Assembly (NCBI GenBank): GCA_965205505.1
Contig: CBDBHB010000009.1
Coordinates: 2,368,001 to 2,432,000, forward strand
Source: Acidobacteriota bacterium
GTDB taxonomy: Bacteria > Acidobacteriota > UBA890 > WLXD01
Length of the DNA stretch: 64,000 bases
Direction: 5' to 3'
A program made the position numbers and the translations under genes. Positions 30,458-40,682 of this stretch are shown one piece after another; the stretch's first letter is position 1, and each line of letters starts with the position of its first letter. The notes beneath the pieces were generated by a model, which had not been told where the DNA came from, did no database searches, and saw nothing but the letters and a program-made list of their open reading frames with translations.

Positions 30458-30481
30458 CCACCCCAGCCCACTTTGATCCAC
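30458..30481 (-). promoter_or_regulatory. Three GTGG boxes at 10-bp period, putative MraZ operator
   Basis: CCAC at 30458, 30468 and 30478 on + (GTGG-N6-GTGG-N6-GTGG on -), just downstream of the -10. Confidence 0.75.
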
Positions 30482-30487
30482 TGCCGG

Positions 30488-30516
30488 ACTATAGGGAGCA
30501 GCGGAGCGCATGTCAA
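30488..30516 (-). promoter_or_regulatory. Sigma70-type promoter of the dcw operon
   Basis: TTGACA-17 bp-TATAGT on the minus strand. Confidence 0.8.
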
Positions 30517-30737
30517 GTAATCGACGCCTTTCCCCGAAAAAACTCATAGCGCGCTCTGAAGCGCGTTACGGCACAGAATTGATCAGGGCTCGTCGTCTGG
30601 AGGCGGTTGTAGCCTAGCAGGCCGTGGTGGAAGTGTTGTGGGCCCGGTTACGGTGAGTTGGGGGGGGGGCAGATGCTAGGGGTAGCATGCCGTCGGGTAC
30701 GTTGTGTCGCAGCGCTGTCGTCTGGGCTGCGCCGATG

Positions 30738-31574
30738 TCAGCCCAGGTTGCGCAGACGGCGAATGCGTTCTGGCATCGGCGGATGCGTCGCGAACAAACT
30801 CATGAGGCCGCCGGAGAACGGTCGCACGATGAACATGTGTGCCGTCGTCGGCGAAGCCTGCGTGGGCACTCGCTGGCTGGCGTGCTCCAGCTTCTGCAAG
30901 GCGCTCATCAAGCCATGTGGATGGCCCACTATCCGAGCGCCGGTCGCGTCAGCCTTGTACTCGCGTGTGCGAGATACGGCCATTTGAACTACGACCGCGG
31001 CTAACGGTGCGACAATCATCATTGTGATCGCTCCCATGGCGCCGCCACCGCCGTTGCGATCGCGTCCACCGCCGAACATCGTGGCGTACCCAACCATACG
31101 AGCCATCATCGTGATGGCGCCGGCCATGGTGGCAGCGATGCTCGAGACCAGGATGTCGCGGTTCTTGACATGCGCGAGCTCGTGAGCCAGGACGCCCTCG
31201 AGCTCCTGCTCGTCGAGCATCTGTAGCAGTCCCGCCGTTACCGCAACAGCCGAATGCTGTGGGTTGCGTCCGGTGGCGAAGGCGTTCGCACCCGGGGTCG
31301 GCAGGATGTAGATGGCGGGCTTCGGGAGCCCGGCACGCCCGGCCAACCGCTCCACCACTGCATGCAACGCGGCGAATTGACTCGGGTCGGCCGGCTGCGC
31401 ACGGTACATCTTCAGCACGATCTTGTCTGAGAACCAGTAGCTGCCGACGTTGAAGACCACCGCCAACCCCATGGCGATCACCAGGCCCTGATTGCCGAAG
31501 AAGGACCCGATTGCCAGCAGGAGTCCGGTCATTACGCCGAGCAGCGCGGTTGTTTTCAATGCGTTCATGCTCAC
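30738..31574 (-). CDS. htpX: Zinc metalloprotease HtpX
   Basis: NAFATGR, HELAH, SRTREY.AD, THPP. Confidence 0.95.
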   Translation of the reverse strand: MSMNALKTTALLGVMTGLLLAIGSFFGNQGLVIAMGLAVVFNVGSYWFSDKIVLKMYRAQPADPSQFAALHAVVERLAGRAGLPKPAIYILPTPGANAFATGRNPQHSAVAVTAGLLQMLDEQELEGVLAHELAHVKNRDILVSSIAATMAGAITMMARMVGYATMFGGGRDRNGGGGAMGAITMMIVAPLAAVVVQMAVSRTREYKADATGARIVGHPHGLMSALQKLEHASQRVPTQASPTTAHMFIVRPFSGGLMSLFATHPPMPERIRRLRNLG

Positions 31575-31635
31575 GATCTCCGAAGGGATGCTGATTCGAT
31601 TGTAGCGTAGCGGCAGCCGCCTCGTCTGGGAGAGC

Positions 31636-32307
31636 TCAGGGCAGAAGAGCGGCGAGGAGCGCGGTAGACGCGCCAGCGACTAGTGCCGCCGTCGCCAGCC
31701 GGCCCGAGCGCGTTCGCCCCGCTCGTCTGGCCAGCGCCACGCCGAACAGGGAGCCGACGCCGGCCAGCGCCGGTTCGCCGGGACCCAGCACGCGCAGCCA
31801 CAGCGTAGCGATCGCCAGGCTGCCGCTGCCGATGATTGCTGCTACCAAGCCCGTCGCACCGATGCCGATAGTCCTGGCGGCTGGCGAGTCGTGCTCGAGG
31901 CCGGACGCCTTGCCGAACATCTCCGCGGTCCAGGTGGCCGCAGCCCCCACAGCAGCTCCGCAACCCGCGGCGAGCCAATACGCCAAAGCAACGCCACTCA
32001 GCGATCCGACGGCGCACAACGAGGTAACGCCGGCGAGGCCCAAGATATCCGTTGCGTCCGGTCGTGCGCCCGCCGCCGACAGTCGGCCGCCGATGCCGAC
32101 AAGCGTGAGCTGCAGAGCGACTAGCAAGGTGAGACCCCAGCCGGCGGCGACGAACGTTGCCGTTAGCAGGAGCGCTGCAACCGGGGCGGCTCGCTGGCGG
32201 CCAAGTCCCAGCAACCACAGGAGCCCGCCGACCGCGACTCCGAAGGTGATCCCGGGCACGGCTCGAGCGCTGATGAGCGTGAGAAGATCGCCGGCGAGCT
32301 CAGGCAT
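31636..32307 (-). CDS. Multi-pass membrane protein, weakly DUF92-like
   Basis: Gly/Ala/Leu-rich hydrophobic ORF from ATG 32307, overlapping the upstream stop. Confidence 0.55.
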   Translation of the reverse strand: MPELAGDLLTLISARAVPGITFGVAVGGLLWLLGLGRQRAAPVAALLLTATFVAAGWGLTLLVALQLTLVGIGGRLSAAGARPDATDILGLAGVTSLCAVGSLSGVALAYWLAAGCGAAVGAAATWTAEMFGKASGLEHDSPAARTIGIGATGLVAAIIGSGSLAIATLWLRVLGPGEPALAGVGSLFGVALARRAGRTRSGRLATAALVAGASTALLAALLP

Positions 32308-33265
32308 CCGCGCGCATTCGCTCGCGCCAGTATTCCAGCGTCTGCCGCAGTGTCTCGGCCATCGGAATCTCGGGTTGCCATCCGAGCTCGCGCCGGGCGC
32401 TCGAACCGTCGCCGATAAACAGCGGCACGTCTGCCGGCCGGAAGCGCTCCGGGTCGACAGCGACGGTGATTTCGGCCGGCGAAAGCGCCAGCAGCCCGTC
32501 GAGCACTTCTTGGATGGCAACATCCTCCCCGCTGCACAGGTTGTATGTAGCTCCGGCGCGGCCGTGCTCGGCGGCGGCCCGGAAGCCGCGTACCATATCG
32601 CGTACGTGAGTGAAGTCGCGCCGCGGCTCGAGATTGCCAACCCGCATGCGGGTTTCCCGTCCGGTCATCTCCGCGAGGGCGATCTGTCGGGCGAAGTCGG
32701 AGCAGACGAAGGTCGGTTCCTGCCCGGGACCGGCGAAGTTGAATGGTCGCACCATGACGGTGCGGGCCATGCCGGCGTCGGCCGCTTGGCGGCCGAGCAC
32801 TTCGGCGCACAGCTTGCTGGCCGCGTAGGGGCTGCGCGGTCGTGTTGCTGCCGTTTCTCCCAATGGCATGGAGCCCTCGTCGGTAGCCCCGTATACTTGG
32901 CCGCTCGATACCAGGACCACCGTGGTTTCCCTGTTCGTTTGGGCGACCGCGTCGAGCATTGCGTCAGTCCCGAGGAGGTTTACCTCCAGCGTCGCTCGCC
33001 GACGCTCCCAGGAGTTCCCTACATGCGACAGCGCCGCCAGGTGGTACACGGTGTGCGGACGAACCTGTGCCAGCAACTCTGACAGGTGATCGGTATCCCG
33101 TATGTCGCCGTAGTGTAGGTCGGCGCCCTCGATGTGCTCCGACTGAAGTCGGTTGTTGCCGGGTGGCTGTGCATAGCCACACACGCGGTCGCCGCGTTCT
33201 TGTAGATCCGTCGATAAATATCTTCCGGCGAAGCCGGTGATCCCGGTGATTAACGAAGTGGCGAT
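32300..33265 (-). CDS. GDP-sugar SDR enzyme (GMD/RMD-like), probable non-canonical ATC start
   Basis: HLAALSHV..SW, YAASK, RPFN..GP, GNLEPRRDF; the Rossmann motif SLITGITGFAG is in frame upstream of the listed GTG at 33184. Confidence 0.8.
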   Translation of the reverse strand: MATSLITGITGFAGRYLSTDLQERGDRVCGYAQPPGNNRLQSEHIEGADLHYGDIRDTDHLSELLAQVRPHTVYHLAALSHVGNSWERRRATLEVNLLGTDAMLDAVAQTNRETTVVLVSSGQVYGATDEGSMPLGETAATRPRSPYAASKLCAEVLGRQAADAGMARTVMVRPFNFAGPGQEPTFVCSDFARQIALAEMTGRETRMRVGNLEPRRDFTHVRDMVRGFRAAAEHGRAGATYNLCSGEDVAIQEVLDGLLALSPAEITVAVDPERFRPADVPLFIGDGSSARRELGWQPEIPMAETLRQTLEYWRERMRADA

Positions 33266-33310
33266 CGACCTTGCTCCGGTTGCTGGCGGGCAGAAATCGC
33301 TGGAGTGGCG

Positions 33311-34264
33311 TCAGACGCGCGCCCGCCAGTAGTCGAGAGTCTCCCGCGCTGTCTGTTCGAAGGGAATGACCGGTTCCCAACCGGTGACTGCTTTGAGCTT
33401 GGAGGCGTCGCCGAGCAGCAGTTCGACATCCGAAGGTCGAAGTCGTGCCGGGTCGACCTCGATGTTGATGTCGACCTCCGAAAACGACAGCAGGAGATCC
33501 AGCACGTCCTGGATCCTCCAAGTCTTGCCGCTGGCGATGTTGTATACGTCGCCCGCGTCGCCGTGCTCCACGATCAACCAGTAGGCGCGGACAACGTCCC
33601 GCACATCAGTAAAATCGCGTTCCGCCTCGAGGTTGCCGACGCGAATCACCGGTTTTCGCGCGCCCGCCTCGATCAAGGCTATCTGCTTGGCAAAGTTACT
33701 GACGACGAACACTTCGCCGCGGCGCGGCCCAGTGTGATTGAAGCCCCGCGTGCGGATTGTGTGGGTGCCGTAGGAGCGAAAGTACTGGTAGGCGAGCAGG
33801 TCTTGCGTGACCTTCGAGACGGCATAGGGAGACAGTGGGCGCAGCGGGTTCGCCTCGGTGATGGGAACCTCGTCGCGATGCACGAGGCCGTATTCCTCCG
33901 ACGAGCCGGCGATCTGAATTCGCGCATCGCAGCCCGTCTGGCGGAGGGCCTCGAACAGGTTCAGCTGGCCGATGATGTTCGTTTCCAGGCTCTCCGCCGG
34001 CGCATGCCACGACGTAGGCACGTGTGACTGGGCGGCCAGATGGAAGATCCAGTCCGGTCGGATCCCGTCGATCATCGACGTGACGGATGCGGCATCGCGA
34101 AGGTCGCACTCGACGATATTCAGCTGGTCGACCAGATGGTCAATGTTTTCCGTGCGAGATCGCCAGCGGCGAATGCCGTAGACATCGACCCCTTCCTGGT
34201 CGAGTGCGTACTCGGCCAGGTGCGAACCGGCGAATCCCGTGATACCGGTGATCAACACGCGCAT
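33311..34264 (-). CDS. gmd: GDP-mannose 4,6-dehydratase family protein
   Basis: LITGITGFAGSHL, HLAAQSHV, SSEEYG, SPYAVSK, FNHTGPRRG, RP.DV.LL.GD. Confidence 0.85.
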   Translation of the reverse strand: MRVLITGITGFAGSHLAEYALDQEGVDVYGIRRWRSRTENIDHLVDQLNIVECDLRDAASVTSMIDGIRPDWIFHLAAQSHVPTSWHAPAESLETNIIGQLNLFEALRQTGCDARIQIAGSSEEYGLVHRDEVPITEANPLRPLSPYAVSKVTQDLLAYQYFRSYGTHTIRTRGFNHTGPRRGEVFVVSNFAKQIALIEAGARKPVIRVGNLEAERDFTDVRDVVRAYWLIVEHGDAGDVYNIASGKTWRIQDVLDLLLSFSEVDINIEVDPARLRPSDVELLLGDASKLKAVTGWEPVIPFEQTARETLDYWRARV

Positions 34265-34356
34265 ACGGTGCTCCTTCTGAGAAGATCACGCTCAGGGAGC
34301 TTACACACGCTGTCGTCCGTTCGCGTGCCCCGGCCGAGCGGCGGGATCTGAGGCGT

Positions 34357-36621
34357 CTATTGAGCTTGACGATGGCTGTCGAACCCGAAGCTGCCGACCT
34401 GCGCGAGGTTCAGCAACAGGGCGAACTGCGTCTCCTGGCGATCGAGGAAGTTGAGCCGCCTGACGTCGAGCCCGAGCGAGCAGCATTGCAAGTTCCATTG
34501 CACGCTGCCGGTGATGTTCTGCAGCTCATTTTTGAACAGGTCCATGCCGACGCGGGAGCCGAGTGTCAAGCGCTGGGCGAACAGGTTGACGTCGCCCCAG
34601 ACTTGCATCGTGTTGCTGGTGGTTTGCACCAAGACCTGGGTCATGTCCTGGGGGTCGAGGAAGTTACTCACACCGCGGAACCAGCTCAGCCCCACGCCGG
34701 AGCCCAGGCCGAGCATCTCGCCCGATACGGTGTAGCTGGCAGGAGTGAATGAGGGAGTGAAGCTCACATTGCCCTGGATATAGAACCGGGCGCTGGGTGT
34801 AAAGCGCGTGGTCAAGAACCAAGGCAGCCGTACCCGCGGGACACCCAACTCCTCTTCTACCAGAGTCAGCGGGTCGAGATTGTAGACGCGGCCGACTGTG
34901 ATCTCGGCGGACTGCCAGACCATGCGCTCCGCGGCGTTTGGGTCAGGGTAGCGTTTGGCGAAGAGCCGAGTGGTTATCTCCGCGGTCAGGCTCTGGTTGT
35001 CGGCGATGGCGAAATCGATCTCGTCGAAGAGAATGATGCGCGCCAACTGCACGGGCTTCGCGTTGATCGGGCGCACGCGTCGATACACGACACGTGGCTG
35101 AATGACGTGCTTGAGCCGTGGCGAGTACTCGCTCCCCGGAGTGTCGTAGATCTTGAACAGCGATGGGCCCACCATCTCGACGCCGGTCTCGTAGAAGTTC
35201 CGGGAGATGGGATTCGCGCCGAAATTGAATTCGTCCTTCCGGGTGCGATGCGACCAGCGTGTCGAGCGGTAGCGGAAGAACGGATTGAACGTCAACCATG
35301 GGATCTGCGTCAGCTGGACCGACACTTCCGGATACACGTCAAAGCGGTTGTAAACACCACCGTCGATCTTCGTTTGCCTGATCTTTTCTTCGATGCGCAG
35401 CTTCTGTAGCCGCGCGACCGAAGCTTGGCCGGCGACGTAGATCGGCCCCAGAAGCTGCGTGCTGCGCAAGCTGTAGCGCAGCATTGGTAGCCGGCGCCCG
35501 ATGGTCGACAACGCGTCGCTGTCGAAGCGCTGGTTGCTGCTGCCAACCAGCGACAGTGTGTTAGCACCCCAGTTCTTGGTGAGCTCGCCAGTAAAGTAAG
35601 ACTGCCGCTGTAGGAATCTGTTGATGTCGTCTTGAAACTGGCGGGCGAACTCGGTGCTGCTTATCGAGTCGGCGCTAAGTCGGAACGTGGTTCCGCCCGG
35701 CAGGGGCTGGATATGCGTCGCACTAATGAGGAAGCCGCGCTCGAACGAAAACTTGCCGGCGTCCAGCTCCTCTTGCGTGGCCTCCTTGCCCGGCAAGAAA
35801 TAGGCGCGGACCGAACCGTTGGCACTATCGCCGAGGGCATGCCGGAACTCGGCTGAGTAGCCGTTGCCGGCGTTGGAGTAGTGCTCGTACGATAGCGTCA
35901 AATCGGCACTGCGATTGATGGCCCAAAAAAACGTCTCGGCCACCGAGAAGCCTTTGCGACTCGAGGTCGCGAGCGCCGGAATCAGCAATCCGGTTTGCCG
36001 CGCTGAATCCTGAAGCGGCCAGACCATGAAAGGCAGACCGAACAAGGGTAGGCCCTTTACGCGAATATGCGGCCAGGCCATGCGTACGTACTTGCCGGGC
36101 TTGAAGGTCATGCTGCTGCCGCGAAACTCCCAGATCGACGTGGTCTGGCTACACGGCGTCAGCACGAAGTTATCGCCACGGAACTTGCCTGGCTCGATCT
36201 GCTCGAGATGCGACGCGCGCACGTAGAACGGGCCCGGTGCCACGCCGATCACGTCTTCCATCTCGAGCGTGGCGTCATCCAGGTCGCCGCGCATGGCGCT
36301 GCCGTTGAGCAGCAGCGCTCCTTGCCCGAACGAGACGTTGCCGATGGCCTCGAAGCTCAGCTCGTCGGTATCGAAGCTGATCACGTCGGCCATCAACCGA
36401 ATCCCGCGCAGGGCGTCGACGACATCGACGTCTCCTGTGAGATGGAAGACCGTGCCCTCGATGCGAACGTTCCGATACTCCACCGTGCAACATGCGGCGA
36501 GCCCCAACGGAATCCCGGCCTGCTGAGCCTCCGCACGGCCAGCAAGGCCGGCCAACGCGGCAACCGCCAAGACGCCGACTGTCCATGTGTGAGGCGGAAG
36601 CTGTGGCTGGAGATCGAGCAT
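34357..36621 (-). CDS. lptD: LPS-assembly outer-membrane protein LptD
   Basis: 754 aa with signal peptide, TPC..., RQTGLLIP, FFWAI, beta-strand-rich body, C-terminal QCC. Confidence 0.8.
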   Translation of the reverse strand: MLDLQPQLPPHTWTVGVLAVAALAGLAGRAEAQQAGIPLGLAACCTVEYRNVRIEGTVFHLTGDVDVVDALRGIRLMADVISFDTDELSFEAIGNVSFGQGALLLNGSAMRGDLDDATLEMEDVIGVAPGPFYVRASHLEQIEPGKFRGDNFVLTPCSQTTSIWEFRGSSMTFKPGKYVRMAWPHIRVKGLPLFGLPFMVWPLQDSARQTGLLIPALATSSRKGFSVAETFFWAINRSADLTLSYEHYSNAGNGYSAEFRHALGDSANGSVRAYFLPGKEATQEELDAGKFSFERGFLISATHIQPLPGGTTFRLSADSISSTEFARQFQDDINRFLQRQSYFTGELTKNWGANTLSLVGSSNQRFDSDALSTIGRRLPMLRYSLRSTQLLGPIYVAGQASVARLQKLRIEEKIRQTKIDGGVYNRFDVYPEVSVQLTQIPWLTFNPFFRYRSTRWSHRTRKDEFNFGANPISRNFYETGVEMVGPSLFKIYDTPGSEYSPRLKHVIQPRVVYRRVRPINAKPVQLARIILFDEIDFAIADNQSLTAEITTRLFAKRYPDPNAAERMVWQSAEITVGRVYNLDPLTLVEEELGVPRVRLPWFLTTRFTPSARFYIQGNVSFTPSFTPASYTVSGEMLGLGSGVGLSWFRGVSNFLDPQDMTQVLVQTTSNTMQVWGDVNLFAQRLTLGSRVGMDLFKNELQNITGSVQWNLQCCSLGLDVRRLNFLDRQETQFALLLNLAQVGSFGFDSHRQAQ

Positions 36622-36706
36622 ACGGAGTCGAATTAGGTCGCTTCGGACAGTGACATAGCGATGGCCTGGGCCACCCCTGAATCCAGAGCCGAGGTCATTG
36701 TAGCGC

Positions 36707-36882
36707 CTAGTGTCCCGGGAGGTTCGTTGGAATTGACCAAGCCCTCCGGGCGGCGGCGGGACGGGACGATCCCTTTGTCGCGGCTCCTGGACGATGTGCC
36801 AACATCGCCTCCGTGGCCGCTCCGCGGACTCGTCCCGTGGCGCTCGCTACAGGCGTACCACTACTTGTGGGCGTAGCACTAG
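36707..36882. mobile_element. Degenerate CTAG-bounded miniature element
   Basis: Starts CTAGTGTCC..GAGGTTCGTTG (as at 48216), contains GGCTCCTGGACGATG...CATCGCCT (cf. 40580-40609), ends AGCACTAG. Confidence 0.6.
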
Positions 36883-36992
36883 CAGGTTGCCGAATAACAC
36901 TGGTGGGCCTGGCACGTGGGTCTCGCTGGCGAGATCAAGGAGAAGCGAAGAGACGGTAGCCAAACCACCAGAGGCCTTCAGCACCCTGTTAG
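36879..36992. mobile_element. Second miniature element with imperfect terminal inverted repeats, ending on the folC stop
   Basis: CTAGCAGGTTGCCGAA versus TTCAGCACCCTGTTAG (13/16 complementary); GGCGAGATCAAGGA shared with the reverse complement of 40620-40633. Confidence 0.55.
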
Positions 36993-38329
36993 ACGAGGGG
37001 CGGGTCCGGTCGCGGATTTGCGGCGCTTGCTGCCAGCAACAACGGTCGCAGCTCGCCGAGCAGGTAGATGGAGCCGGTAACACAGATCAGATCTTCTTTG
37101 TCGGCGAGCTCATGCGCGCGGGCCAGGGCGTCCGCCGGATCGTCAATGGCAACTGCCGTATCCGGGGCCGGAGCCGCGGCGAGCAACTCCTCGGGCCGGG
37201 GACTGCGCGGCGATGGTGGTCGCGTTGTGATCAACGTGTCGGCTCGTGGGTACAACAGCTGCGCCATTCCGGCGATGTCCTTGTCGTCGAGGGCGCCGAA
37301 CACCAGGTGCAGCCGGCGGAACCGGCTGGCGTCGCGAAGCCGATCCAGATAGCCGGTCAACGCGACCGCTGCGTCTGGGTTGTGCGCACCATCCAGCAAG
37401 ATCGGCGGCGAGCCCTCGAACCATTCACATCGCCCTGCGATCCAGGCGCGGCGGAGTCCTGCCCAGATAGCGTCGGAGTTGATACGCAAGCGACGGCGAT
37501 CGAGGGCCTCGGCAGCGAGCACGGCACAGCGTGCGTTTTCGACCTGGTGCGACCCGGCCAGCGCGAGCTGCAGCCCGCCGTACGAGCGCATCCGTGCCTC
37601 GAGGTCGAAAGTGTGGCGCAAGCGGGAGTCGACATCACGGACGTCGACCGGGAAATCGGTGGCCCTCAACAGTGTGATCTCGCGCTCCTGCGCGCGCCGC
37701 TCGATCACCTCGGCAACCGCCGGCGGCTGGGGAGCAACGACTGCCACGCCGCCAGGCGGCGCAACAGCGAACTTCTCCTCGGCGATCTGGGCGATATCGT
37801 CCCCGAGCCAATCGGTGTGGTCGAGCGCGATCGGTGTGATCACCGCGACCCTCGGCCTGGTCACGTTGGTAGCGTCGAGGCGGCCCCCTAGACCGACCTC
37901 GAGCACTGCGAGATCTACGCGCGCTTCGGCGAAGTAACGGAACGCCACCGCGGTGAGGATCTCGAAATAACTGGGCGACTGCTCCATTCGGCCGCTGTCG
38001 ATGAGCTCGTCAACGGCAGCGAACACCGCGACGAGGTGGGCTTCCAGGCTGCTCTGTGAGATCGGACGCCCGTCGATCTGGAAGCGCTCGTCGAGATCGT
38101 GCAGGTGCGGCGAAGAGTAAACGCCGACCCGCAGGCCCGCGGCGAGGCCGATGGCCCCTAACATCGCCGTTGTCGAGCCCTTGCCGTTGGTGCCGGCGAC
38201 GACCGATGTCGGATAGCGTTTGTGCGGGTTCCCGAGCCCCTCTAGCAAGTTGCGGATACGCTCGAGGCCCGGCGTCATGTTATCGGGGCCCAGCTGCTCC
38301 AGTCGCCGGCGCGCCGCAGACACGTTCAT
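36989..38329 (-). CDS. folC: Folylpolyglutamate / dihydrofolate synthase
   Basis: AGTNGKGST, SPHL, EVGLGGRLDATN, DGAHNP, GSIYL.GE. Confidence 0.95.
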   Translation of the reverse strand: MNVSAARRRLEQLGPDNMTPGLERIRNLLEGLGNPHKRYPTSVVAGTNGKGSTTAMLGAIGLAAGLRVGVYSSPHLHDLDERFQIDGRPISQSSLEAHLVAVFAAVDELIDSGRMEQSPSYFEILTAVAFRYFAEARVDLAVLEVGLGGRLDATNVTRPRVAVITPIALDHTDWLGDDIAQIAEEKFAVAPPGGVAVVAPQPPAVAEVIERRAQEREITLLRATDFPVDVRDVDSRLRHTFDLEARMRSYGGLQLALAGSHQVENARCAVLAAEALDRRRLRINSDAIWAGLRRAWIAGRCEWFEGSPPILLDGAHNPDAAVALTGYLDRLRDASRFRRLHLVFGALDDKDIAGMAQLLYPRADTLITTRPPSPRSPRPEELLAAAPAPDTAVAIDDPADALARAHELADKEDLICVTGSIYLLGELRPLLLAASAANPRPDPPLV

Positions 38330-38351
38330 TGGCCGGTACGACAGTGTCGCC

Positions 38352-39251
38352 TCAGGAGGAAACCTCGTCGGCCGTTAGCCGCGCCGCAGCCAGCGCCTCG
38401 GCCGCAGCGAAACCGAGGTGCCGGAGCACTGTCGCCAGCGTCTGCTTGAGCTCGCTGCGCGGCACCACCAGATCGAGCATGCCATGCGCCAGCAGAAACT
38501 CACTGCGCTGGAACCCCTCGGGCAGCCGCTCGCGAATGGTCTGCTCGATCACCCGCGGCCCGGCGAAGCCGATCAACGCATGCGGCTCGGCGATGTTCAG
38601 ATCCCCGAGCATCGCGAACGATGCCGTCACTCCACCCGTTGTCGGGTCTGTAAGCACGGAGAGAAATGGCAGCGACGCCGCTGACACTCGAGATAGAGCC
38701 GCTGAGATCTTCGCCATCTGCATCAGCGATTGCGCCCCCTCCTGCATCCGAGCTCCGCCGGAGCAAGACACTACGATCAACGGCACGCGCAACTCGAGCG
38801 CGCGCTCTGCCGCCCGAGTTATCTTCTCGCCGACTACCGACCCCATGGAGCCACCCATGAAGCCGTATTCCATAGCCGCGAAGACGACGGCAATGCCCTC
38901 GAGACAGGCGTCGGCGGTAATCACCGCGTCGTTGAGGCCAGTGCGCTCCTGGTAGTCGGTGAGGCGATCGCGGTAGCGCTTGGTATCGCGAAAACGCAGC
39001 GAGTCCGTGGGTGCCAGCTGCTCGCCGAATTCGGTCCATTGGCCGTCATCACACAGCAGCGACAGCCGGCCGCTGGCCGATATGCGAAAGTGATAGCTGC
39101 ATTTCGGGCAGACGCTGGAGTTTCGCAGGATCTCCTTGCGATAGACGATTTCGCGACAGTTGTTGCACCTGGTCCAAAGGCCCGACGGCATATCCGGGCG
39201 ACGGTCACCGACCGCGCGCCTCGACGTACGTTTCTTGCGAAACCAGGCCAT
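38352..39251 (-). CDS. accD: Acetyl-CoA carboxylase carboxyltransferase beta subunit
   Basis: CNNC...CPKC zinc finger, GGSMGSVVGEK, SGGARMQEG, PTTGGVTASFA. Confidence 0.97.
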   Translation of the reverse strand: MAWFRKKRTSRRAVGDRRPDMPSGLWTRCNNCREIVYRKEILRNSSVCPKCSYHFRISASGRLSLLCDDGQWTEFGEQLAPTDSLRFRDTKRYRDRLTDYQERTGLNDAVITADACLEGIAVVFAAMEYGFMGGSMGSVVGEKITRAAERALELRVPLIVVSCSGGARMQEGAQSLMQMAKISAALSRVSAASLPFLSVLTDPTTGGVTASFAMLGDLNIAEPHALIGFAGPRVIEQTIRERLPEGFQRSEFLLAHGMLDLVVPRSELKQTLATVLRHLGFAAAEALAAARLTADEVSS

Positions 39252-39363
39252 GGTGGAAGCTTGACAAAGTGCAGATAGCGTCGCGAAAGTGTTCGCCGAA
39301 ATCGAAACTCCACCAGAGATCGTAACGATCGACAGCGAACAGCGTCAACCGAATGGAGTATGG

Positions 39364-40403
<1,040 letters not shown>

Positions 40404-40407
<4 letters not shown>

Positions 40408-40682
40408 TGCTCCTGATCATAAGTACGGTGACGTTTGTGGCGCGCGCGACCGGGGCGAATTGTAGGAGCGGCGACGAGGGCGATGCTGGGTGTATCGTCG
40501 AGGCGCCGCGACGCCCAAGGTGGCCGGTCCCGCGGCCACCCGGAGGGCAGGAGCGATATGCGGGCGATCTCGGCGTCAGGGCTCCTCGAGGATGGCTAAG
40601 GCATCGCCTTCCTCACCCTTCCTTGATCTCGCCCGCATCTCGCTCCTGCAAACGTCACCGTACTTATGATCAGGAGCACTAG
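40404..40682. mobile_element. MITE-like element with 34-bp perfect terminal inverted repeats including flanking CTAG
   Basis: 40404-40437 CTAGTGCTCCTGATCATAAGTACGGTGACGTTTG is the exact reverse complement of 40649-40682; no transposase ORF. Confidence 0.9.

Noticed and set aside
30660-30669. G10 homopolymer as a phase-variation tract
   Set aside because: Intergenic, about 145 bp upstream of the dcw -35 and not within a gene or promoter spacer
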